From Octopus bimaculoides (Eukaryota): a stretch of 64,000 nucleotides of DNA. This document shows positions 53,968-64,000 of this stretch, one piece after another. A model generated the notes under the pieces. That model had not been told where the DNA came from and made no database searches. It saw nothing but the letters and a program-made list of their open reading frames with translations. A program made the translations under genes and the position numbers. Positions within the stretch are counted from its first letter, which is position 1. Each line of letters opens with the position of its first letter. The DNA lies in NCBI RefSeq assembly GCF_001194135.2, contig NC_068989.1:65394313-65458312 (forward strand), in the 5' to 3' direction.

Positions 53968-56212
53968 AACTTGTGTTAAAATTTAAAAAGAATAAGATCA
54001 GTAATAAACGGGTGAAGAACCAATATATAGTGCATGTGCTCATTTGGTAAAAAGATAAAAAATGACCATACCGGAATATAACAATATATATGTAACAATA
54101 TATANNNNNNNNNNNNNNNNNNNNNNNNNNNNNNNNNNNNNNNNNNNNNNNNNNNNNNNNNNNNNNNNNNNNNNNNNNNNNNNNNNNNNNNNNNNNNNNN
54201 NNNNNNNNNNNNNNNNNNNNNNNNNNNNNNNNNNNNNNNNNNNNNNNNNNNNNNNNNNNNNNNNNNNNNNNNNNNNNNNNNNNNNNNNNNNNNNNNNNNN
54301 NNNNNNNNNNNNNNNNNNNNNNNNNNNNNNNNNNNNNNNNNNNNNNNNNNNNNNNNNNNNNNNNNNNNNNNNNNNNNNNNNNNNNNNNNNNNNNNNNNNN
54401 NNNNNNNNNNNNNNNNNNNNNNNNNNNNNNNNNNNNNNNNNNNNNNNNNNNNNNNNNNNNNNNNNNNNNNNNNNNNNNNNNNNNNNNNNNNNNNNNNNNN
54501 NNNNNNNNNNNNNNNNNNNNNNNNNNNNNNNNNNNNNNNNNNNNNNNNNNNNNNNNNNNNNNNNNNNNNNNNNNNNNNNNNNNNNNNNNNNNNNNNNNNN
54601 NNNNNNNNNNNNNNNNNNNNNNNNNNNNNNNNNNNNNNNNNNNNNNNNNNNNNNNNNNNNNNNNNNNNNNNNNNNNNNNNNNNNNNNNNNNNNNNNNNNN
54701 NNNNNNNNNNNNNNNNNNNNNNNNNNNNNNNNNNNNNNNNNNNNNNNNNNNNNNNNNNNNNNNNNNNNNNNNNNNNNNNNNNNNNNNNNNNNNNNNNATA
54801 TATGTGGATACAATATATATATTTAGGCTTATCTAGGTTTCATATTTAGGTTTATCTATGAGATATCGACGTCCATTATTTCCTGCCAGAGCAAAATCAC
54901 GAGTTATATTATTCCTGGCATTGAGGGTTTGCTTGAATACCAGGCTTCAGTTTGTTATTGCTGAATTCCTGGACAAATTCCATGTCTTCATAACCTTAGA
55001 GATTCTAGCAGAATTAATACTGCTTATGTGTTGAATTTTATGCTGTATTAGCTACAATGCTATATCGCAGTGGTCAGTTTAATGCCTTGCTGACGTTTGT
55101 GGGCAATTAGTGTTGTTATAGATAATATGTTTCTAGCTGATGTGATACAGTGACATCATTTATTGCCTTTCACAGACTTACAACAATCCTTATTTAGTTT
55201 TTCTCGTTAGATATGTGAATATCTGAGTTCTTGAAGTAATTTATTTATATATGATGTATGTAAAAACAAACATCCATATGTAAGTATGCATATCTATGCA
55301 AGCATACACGTACATGCGTGAACACACGCACACACACACATACAAAAACAGACACAGGCACACACAAACACGCACACATATACATATGTATGCTTGTATT
55401 ATTGTAGTGAATATGTATGCCGGACAAATTGCTGTTCAGTTGAATAAGAGACTAGATGCACCTATGGATGTTTCCTGACAACGAATACGCACTGAAGGCG
55501 TTGAATAAACATTTGTATAAATATTACATTATTTTCGTATATATTTATAAAGGCGTTTCAAACCCTACCCTTACTGACGAACATAAATATACACATCCAG
55601 ATTTACATATATATATACATATATGCAAAGAAACACAGATACATACATATAACNNNNNNNNNNNNNNNNNNNNNNNNNNNNNNNNNNNNNNNNNNNNNNN
55701 NNNNNNNNNNNNNNNNNNNNNNNNNNNNNNNNNNNNNNNNNNNNNNNNNNNNNNNNNNNNNNNNNNNNNNNNNNNNNNNNNNNNNNNNNNNNNNNNNNNN
55801 NNNNNNNNNNNNNNNNNNNNNNNNNNNNNNNNNNNNNNNNNNNNNNNNNNNNNNNNNNNNNNNNNNNNNNNNNNNNNNNNNNNNNNNNNNNNNNNNNNNN
55901 NNNNNNNNNNNNNNNNNNNNNNNNNNNNNNNNNNNNNNNNNNNNNNNNNNNNNNNNNNNNNNNNNNNNNNNNNNNNNNNNNNNNNNNNNNNNNNNNNNNN
56001 NNNNNNNNNNNNNNNNNNNNNNNNNNNNNNNNNNNNNNNNNNNNNNNNNNNNNNNNNNNNNNNNNNNNNNNNNNNNNNNNNNNNNNNNNNNNNNNNNNNN
56101 NNNNNNNNNNNNNNNNNNNNNNNNNNNNNNNNNNNNNNNNNNNNNNNNNNNNNNNNNNNNNNNNATGCATGTATTTATGCTTGTATGTACGTATGTATGT
56201 CTGCATGTATGT

Positions 56213-56434
56213 ACGACCATATACAACCATATATACTTAAATATACATATGTACATATATACAACCATATATACTTAAATGTACATATATACATATATAC
56301 AACCATGTATACTTAAATGTACATATATACATATATACAACCATGTATACTTAAATGTACATATGTACATAGATACAACCATGTATACTTAAATGTACAT
56401 ATGTACATAGATACAACCATGTATGCTTAAATAC
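56213..56434. repeat. 38-bp minisatellite, about 6 copies
   Basis: acaacc recurs at 56223, 56261, 56299, 56337, 56375 and 56413. Confidence 0.9.
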
Positions 56435-57099
56435 AAACATGCAAACATATACATTCATGCATTCATAATTCCTTATTACTTTCCATACTGGAACATATTT
56501 TGCGTCATATTCTGCGATTGGTATATCAATGTTTCTGATACTTCAACTAATGGTAAAATATTTTGGGGTGTTAGCAAATTACGCTCCCTTGATTTAATAT
56601 TTTTTTTTCTTTTATAACGCAAGTCTGGAAAAAATCATAATATAATTTCATTCGCAGTAAACCTACCTAATCTAATAGCTTCACCGGCGTATAAGAACAA
56701 CATCAAATAAAAACAGATAAACTGAAAGTATAAGGACAGTGATATACAACAGTAATATTGATGGAAATGAAGATAAAGTTACTGTTTTGCTGCTGTGATG
56801 ATAAACTATTGACGTATCTACAAAGAATAAACTGAATATGAAAAGTGGATTTCACTATCAACTGATGGCTTCCACGGCAATTTAATGTAATGAACGGTTA
56901 TAAAGTCGCTATAGTGAGAGTTTAATTGCCTAATATTATCAAATGTTGGTTCCAAATGTTTGCCTCTTATTATTTCCAGTAGATAAAGTGATAATGAACC
57001 GTTTATTTCATTGGGGGATTTTCACGAATATAAATACTTTGTCTTTTTTTCTCTCTCTTTTTTTTTCTGTTTATGCTTTTGTTTTGTAAATCCTAAATA

Positions 57100-57720
57100 C
57101 ACCGCACATAAAATGTCGAAAATGTCGACATTTCAAAAATTATTAAATTCTTCTCTGATTTGATAATTCTGAAATGAAATTTTGTTTTAACACTATTACT
57201 CGTTCCAGCTATTTTCATCGATGTTGTCTGTTGCAGCTTCGATATCGCTATATGATCTGCAAAAAGCGATTATTTGACTTGCTGCCTTTTTACTCAATGT
57301 CAGTGGGTAAATTTAAGGAATGTTTGCTTCCATTTTTGTTTATGCTGAAGTTTATTTAGTAAAGTCATATGGACCTCGTGTTGTTCACATACTAACCTTT
57401 ATTTTAGTAGACAATAACATTTTGATAACCAAAATTCAGTTCAAAATGTCTAGATGTGTTCTCTGATAAAACGCTGCTAAGCACGAAAGCAACTGCAGAT
57501 GGCCATGGAAAATGCTTATGGTTAAACAATATATCTGAAAATTGTCTTCAAAATCTGGTTATTAACATAGAAGTAGTTTAGTAGGCGGTTCTGATGTTTG
57601 TTAGATATATTCATATTCAAACTTATTCCTTCCAGTCTTCCATTTTTCGTTATGAAATTGTTATCAGGTAGACAAACAATATTCATCTTCAGCAATAATG
57701 ATTATTAGTATCACGATAAA
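57100..57720 (-). mobile_element. CR1/L2-like LINE RT remnant
   Basis: Minus strand gives VHMTLLNKLQH..WKQTFL and SLFADH (57252-57263) in place of FADD. Highly degenerate; 58100-58350 may be an upstream piece. Confidence 0.4.
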
Positions 57721-59899
57721 ACTATTTTTCGCATTGGAGAGCTGGGCTATAGTATTATCTTTTATTAAACAGAGAATTATGAAAATAAGAAATTATGATT
57801 GCTCCAGTAATAAAAATAATGTACAAATAAATAAATACATAAACAAATAAAGATAATAAAAAAAATTTTAATAAAAGAAGTTTTCAAGGAAATTCTCTCA
57901 TAAAACTCATGATTTATTTTAAATGATTTGGAAAAAATTGACATTATGTTTTCGCTATTCATTTTCATGAAGCTTTGAAGTATTTTTTAAAAGCTATTTT
58001 AAATAATTGGTATAATTTTTGTCATCACTACATGCATCAGCTCAGGTATTCCTAACGTTATATTCTTGGCAATATTGATTTTAATAATGAATAACCATCA
58101 TTCATTGGTTGAACTGAAACCGGTGCAGAGGAATGACCTTTGAGTTTGCTTTAGAAATGCATTTACAAGCCTCTTTCCTGGATACAGACCATCACAATTC
58201 TGGGAGTGAGCGTATAATATCGGCCGGATTATCTGATAATAATGACATTATCGAGGATCAATACTGCATATACAAAGGTTCCTTTACTTTGGATAAATCT
58301 TTCACTTTTGATATTTTCCGACCAACGAAGATTCCATGTAAAACATTTGCAGCATAGATGAAAATAGATATTGTTGACTAATACAAAGTTAACGTTCTTG
58401 TTCTCGTTCTAGGTTTTCGAGAAAGGGTATCGATTTTCGCCAAATAGAAACCAGGGAAAGTCAGCTTGATTTTTGTGCAAGGTTGATATAAACCCCTTAG
58501 CACTCAACACTGAAATTAAATTTTTATTTCTTATAGTATTTTGAACTTCAGTAAGATTGCAGTGATAAAATACAAACAAGCAAGCAAAGAGACAAAAATA
58601 CCGTCAAGTTATAATATATCTACCTTAGCAGAGCGCTTCTATTCATGCAATGTAACTGCTAAAGCATTACTCAGAATCGTATTCTATCCGGGGGATGTTA
58701 ATCTCTTCATATAGGTTTGTTGATCTTTTACTTTACTAGTAAACCCAAAGACATGAGGTTTCTATGAAATGAAATTAGATTCTTCTCCTTTGCTGGCGAA
58801 ATGTGTGTTCATATCATCATAAGTCACACACACACATGCGCGCGCATCGTAAGTCACACACACAAACACACACACGCGCAAGCTTCAGCAATTTCCTATT
58901 AATGTCCCCAGCCACGTACAAGCAAAAGAAAATACCCCCCCCACACATATTTACACATAGATATACAAATATATTCACACAAACATCCATAGATTTCCAT
59001 TCAAATGCATATTCATACACACACATATAGACATACACGCATGTATTTGTGTGTGTGTGTGTGTGTGTATGTACGTGTGTGTGTTTGTGTGTATGTGTGT
59101 GTGTATGTGTGTGTGTATATATATATATATATAATGTATGTACGTGTGTATGTATATGTGTATGTAAATATAAAAAGAATGAGAAGAAATATATGCTAAT
59201 AGTTATAGATGAAAGAAAGATAATGGATAAATAGAGCCATATAGATCAATCGATTTATACATTTGATCGAAGCGCCGCCACATACTTTCAAGCACACATT
59301 GAGACTAGTCACATTCACTCCACATATAAAGCATACACACGTTTTCCTCTCGTTTAGAGTTGCGATGCTAAGAGGAATTTTCTGGTGTTTCACTTATCCA
59401 AGAGTTTCATATAGCCTGACGAAGTAGTAGCGCACATCACCGTCTATTTACATACATGGAAGATTCCATGCAATACAAAATAATGCAAGATAATGATTTC
59501 TTCTATGAGAGAAAAATACTATAATAGAAGCGGCATGCTCTGAGCAACGAAAAAGCTTAACGGTGTTTCAATTCCTAGGAGCTATTTCACTTCATTTAAG
59601 ACACTAGAAACATAAATGTCCATAAGAACAGCATGAACTCTAGTGTTTCTCTAACTAAATATATGAACTTTATGTCTATTAAAACAAAGGATAAACGCAA
59701 TGGATAAAGGCACATTTTGTTTTAGAGATAGACATGTTTTATGTGTAACCAAACATTTGTTGTAGAAGATTATAGGACACCTCTATGTAGTCATTCGTTC
59801 TTATAGATATAACAACGAAATATCTTTTAAATCACACTTAAAAAACAATTAATAAAAAGGAAGGACGTATCAAATAAAGCTGTGCCTCTTTTGAAATAT

Positions 59900-60110
59900 T
59901 GATTTCAAATTTTGGCACGAGGCCAGCAAGTTCAGGTTAAGGGAGAAGTCGTTTACATCGACCCCAGTGTTCAACTGGAAGTTATTTTATCGATTCCGAA
60001 GACATGAAAGGTAATGTCGACCTCGGCGGAATTTATACTCAGAACCTAAAGTCGGACGATAAACTGCTAAGCAGATTGACCGGCGTGATAACGATTCCGC
60101 CGGCTAGTCG
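59900..60110 (-). mobile_element. SINE family 3
   Basis: Reverse complement of the 39403 copy. Confidence 0.75.
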
Positions 60111-60789
60111 TTTTGAAATATTATTGGTACTTTCATATAACCGGGGTGAGGACCAATGGGAAGTACCTCAGCAGTCGATTGACTTTCTACAGATAGTAAC
60201 CAATAACAACCAATTCTAAGTCGATACCTTGCCTTTCTTTTCTTCATAAAAATGAAGGGCGCCACGCATACTTTTGACCATGGATAAAACGAATTTCATC
60301 ATTTGTTCGGTAAGAGCTGATCGAATGCTAAAACAACAATGTCGTCGTCGTCGTCGTCGTCGTCGTCATCATCATCATCATCATCATCCTGCTCATTATC
60401 TGTAGCAGCTGCAACGGCAATAGCAGCAACAGTGGTAGGAGTACCAGCAACAACAATAACGAGAACAATCGTTCCTTACATAAGAGATTGTAAAGTTATG
60501 ATGTTCATGCCTTTCTCTAAACGATGTTAGTATTAGTGTATTGTATCCAAAAATCAAGGCTCAAATATCCGGCAGAGATCAATTTTACCGCTAGTCTACG
60601 TAATTAGAGTGAGACCAACATGCTTTATGAATGATACAAAATATTGATTCGTCATTTTTCGCACGAAGATCAGAGATTTTATCAGGCAGGAGATATAGTC
60701 GAGTGAATCGACTGCACTGTTTAGTTGAAACTTATTTTATCACTCTTTATATAAATAATGTATGGAAGTACCACAGTTGACCAAAGGGA

Positions 60790-61010
60790 CAGAATGATAC
60801 TATGGCTTTAGAGGCAGCAGAGCCGGCGTCAAGATGACTGTGATGAGGAGGAGCAGTGCTACCAGCGGTAATGTTAACTGGACATAAACTAGAGTTTCAT
60901 CAACTTCGGTTCGGTCACTTGGGTCACGGTGAGTGATGTTGATAGATCCAGAACACCTAACGAACCCCGGAAACATTACTGATGATGCTTCCTGGTGCAT
61001 GAGAGGTTGG
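60790..61010 (+). mobile_element. HERO-like retrotransposon extreme 3' end and 3' UTR
   Basis: gaggcagcagagccggcgtcaagatgactgtga reads EAAEPASR*L*, like EAAERASRWLW. It is followed by gtgatgttgatagatccagaacacctaacgaaccccggaaacattactgatgatgcttcc, which resembles HERO 3' UTRs as recalled. Confidence 0.55.
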
Positions 61011-61104
61011 TTTATGGAAAAAAATTAAGTTAAGCATTCAGTGCGGGGATCTTTCATTGCTGCCATCAAACAGTTTCTGTCTGGTACAAAGTAAAGGATG
61101 AAGA

Positions 61105-61410
61105 TCACCCTTGGTTATGAATAACCATGGGATTGCACCAAGAAATTTCCCTTCCAAGGAACAATTCCGGCCAAGGTTGTTTATGGAAGACCAGTAACCG
61201 CCCATACATGCCAGCTTCCTCTCTCCACGCCACTGATGTTATCCAAGGGAAAGGCAAAGTCCGATACAGCTTCGCATCAGTGATGTCGCAACTCATTTCT
61301 ACAGATGAGTGAACTGGAGCAACGTGAAATAAAGTGTCTGGCACAAGAACACAACACACAGCTCGGTTCGGGAATCGAACGCATTGCCTCATACTTGTGA
61401 GCACGACGCT
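61105..61410 (-). mobile_element. tRNA-derived SINE, family 1
   Basis: Reverse-complement homologue of 5205-5538. Confidence 0.85.
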
Positions 61411-61919
61411 CTAACAACTGAATGTATTGCAATATTAATATTATATAAAAATGTATTATCTTTTATCACGTAATATGATATATGTAATATGTTATGGTTC
61501 ACTCATACTTAATGCCTCCAATTCGCAGAATAAAACCTGATTTTATCCACGTGGACCAGCGGTAGACCTAGAAAAGTAGTAACGGTAAATGAAAGTATAA
61601 CCTCAAGCAGCAACTAAAACTGAAAACGCAACCTCGGAAAATGTGGTGCAAGCGAATCCAGTCAGAGAGTCTTACGCAATGCTAATATATGTTGTATGAT
61701 AATAACCGATATAAATGTTGGTTGGTTGGTTGATTGGCTGGTTGATTGATTGATTGATCTAAACACGCTTTACGTCATATATATGGAGGAGAGAGAGAGA
61801 GAAAAGGCAGTAAAAGAGAGACATAGATAGAGGTAGTATAAGAGGTGCATAATGACTGCTCATATGTGGCTTGTTGGCTGGCAGTGAGCAAAGAGTCGCT
61901 TAACACACACACACAAATA

Positions 61920-61922
<3 letters not shown>

Positions 61923-62005
<83 letters not shown>
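61923..62005. repeat. (AG)n microsatellite
   Basis: About 40 uninterrupted AG units. Confidence 0.95.
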
Positions 62006-62012
<7 letters not shown>

Positions 62013-63079
62013 AGAATAATAGATACTTAGGAGGAGGAGAGGGACTAAATGATAGACATAAATGAGATACATGAAGGAAAAATTAGTTTTGATCAATTAT
62101 ATTTTAAAGAAATATTTCTTTTGAAAATTAGTATACATTTCATCGTATTGTATAAGCACAAAGGAATGTGATAAAAGCTGAGTGAGTTATTATTATTGAA
62201 TATATACGATATCTCCCGATATTACCCGCGTTAGTAAAGGTGTACTTCGAAAGTTACCCGTCATATGACGGTTAATACTCAAGTAACGAAATAATATATG
62301 ACGGGTAATGTAGCATGATATGCTATATAACACATTGTGATATGTTATAGGTGTAATATATCTTAGAGTATAATCTATATATGTTAATGTTAAAGCAATG
62401 ATATAGTGTATGTTTGCATGTATGTGTGTATGCTGTGTGAGAGTGTGTGTGTGTTTGTTTATACTGTCTTCTCTGATATAACATTACTTGTTATCTTCTA
62501 GCCATAATCGTTCTATATTCCTGTTATATCTGCTGTATCATGTCAGCAATTTCCTGGTGTGATTCATGTTGTTTGATCACTGTGAACATAATAAAATTTC
62601 GTTATTGATATGTGTACGTGTGTGTGTGAGCTAGTGTGTTTGCGTATTTACATCTCTATGTGTGCTCGTCTTTCTGGGCATGCGTTCGTGTGTATGCGCT
62701 TTTGAGTGTGTTTGTGTGTGTGACTACTTTTGCATGTAAAGGCGAGTGTGTATATTTGTGTACGGGTGTATAAATTAATTATTGATAGTACGAGTCTACA
62801 TCAAAATAAAGTAGGATATGAAAGGGATCATAGCACACAGCGAGAAACCGACTAAACGAATCCACATCGAAAGAAACAGCGAGCGCCTACACTTAGTCAA
62901 TCGAGCTGCTAGAAATACCAGCCAAATCTTCTTTAATTTACACCATATTCTTTTAAAAACAGAGTTTCACATTTTATAATTTAGTCATTGGTATTTAATT
63001 ACCGACAGAAGATAACGTAGCCCCAGCTGGACCGTTTGCTCAGTCAGGATTACACAACTGGGTTGCACAACAACGTAGC

Positions 63080-63239
63080 CGCTTGACGGGCTTCTTTCAG
63101 TTTCCGTCTACCAAATCCACTCGCAATGTATTGGTCGGCACGAGGCTATAAGTACAGGACAGTTTTCCAAGATGCCACGTTGTCGGACTGAACCCGGAAC
63201 CATATGGTTTTGGAAGCAAGCTTCTTACTACACAACCAC

Positions 63240-63240
<1 letters not shown>
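63080..63240 (-). mobile_element. SINE family 2, 5' half
   Basis: gacgggcttctttcagtttccgtctaccaaatccac...aagcttcttactacacaacc matches the family head. Confidence 0.8.
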
Positions 63241-63277
<37 letters not shown>

Positions 63278-63344
63278 ATAGAGGAGGTAAGACAACAAAA
63301 AAAAAAAGAAAGAGACCTCTATGTTATGTAAATAGAGGAATTTA

Positions 63345-63405
63345 GATAACTGAAGAGATGGTGGCGTGCGTTTCCGCCACGACATTCGAAACTCGGAGTT
63401 TTATC
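63345..63405 (+). ncRNA. Hammerhead ribozyme-like motif (type I, short stem I)
   Basis: Stem I gataa/ttatc. Core CTGAAGA 63350-63356. Long stem II with gtggcg/cgccac. GAAA 63388-63391, stem III act-cgg-agt, GUU triplet 63398-63400. Confidence 0.5.
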
Positions 63406-63807
63406 ATGGCTACAGAATAATTGTCACATATTATTTACAGGCATATATATATATATATATATCGTGGTATCAAGAAGACTGTCGGATGCTGTTATTAAAC
63501 ATTGCTGGTCACAATGAACTTCGCATTGTTTTAGCTTTCACACGATGTCACCCTGCTAGGTATGCGAAGCAGGTCAGCACTTGCCCTGGTTGGACGGCTA
63601 TTCCATTACAGTGTTATATATTTGCGGCAGAGTGGATTGAAGCAAAGTGAAAAGAAGCGTCTTGCTCAACAACGTGATGGACCACACGGTTTGAGAATCG
63701 AAACCACGATTCTAGCGATCGTTATCGCAAACATTTAAATACAAGACACCACACGCCTTCGTACACACAACCACACACACGCACACACGCACACACGCGC
63801 ATGTATG

Positions 63808-63846
<39 letters not shown>

Positions 63847-63968
63847 GTATGTATGTATGTATGTATGTCTTTTTAGGAACAGTGGACCCTGAAACACACA
63901 TGAAGCTATAATTATTAGCATTTATAATGGAAAATGTCGAAAGATTATGAATTCTTATGACGTCAATA

Positions 63969-64000
<32 letters not shown>

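Noticed and set aside
2704-56316. Long ORFs of 120-312 aa containing X runs
   Set aside because: They are open only because they cross N gaps; the flanks are TA/TG microsatellites.
57237-57307. Apparent plus-strand exon LRYRYMICKKRLFDLLPFYSMSV
   Set aside because: It lies antisense to a decayed LINE RT motif and has no convincing homology.

Overview
Eukaryotic, AT-rich, almost entirely intronic or intergenic DNA from a draft assembly with many N gaps, most of them flanked by (TA)n. The SINE families and microsatellite density look like an octopod cephalopod (Octopus); this is recognition from memory, not a database result. No host protein-coding gene could be confidently assembled, and nearly all supplied ORFs are microsatellite or N-gap artefacts. 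The window holds three or more tRNA-SINE families, decayed non-LTR retrotransposon fragments (HERO-like, R4/Dong-like, Tx1/L1, APE-RT LINEs), a Penelope-like element fragment, Tc1/mariner remnants and several long fold-back elements. The standout is a ~272-nt direct-repeat unit at 28461-28765 that runs into an assembly gap. It carries a complete minimal type I hammerhead ribozyme fold on a long extended stem, the architecture of a non-LTR retrozyme or Penelope pseudo-LTR array. Further hammerhead-like motifs occur at ~63345, ~50290 and ~53800-53950, and the retrozyme flank shares sequence with a local fold-back element family.
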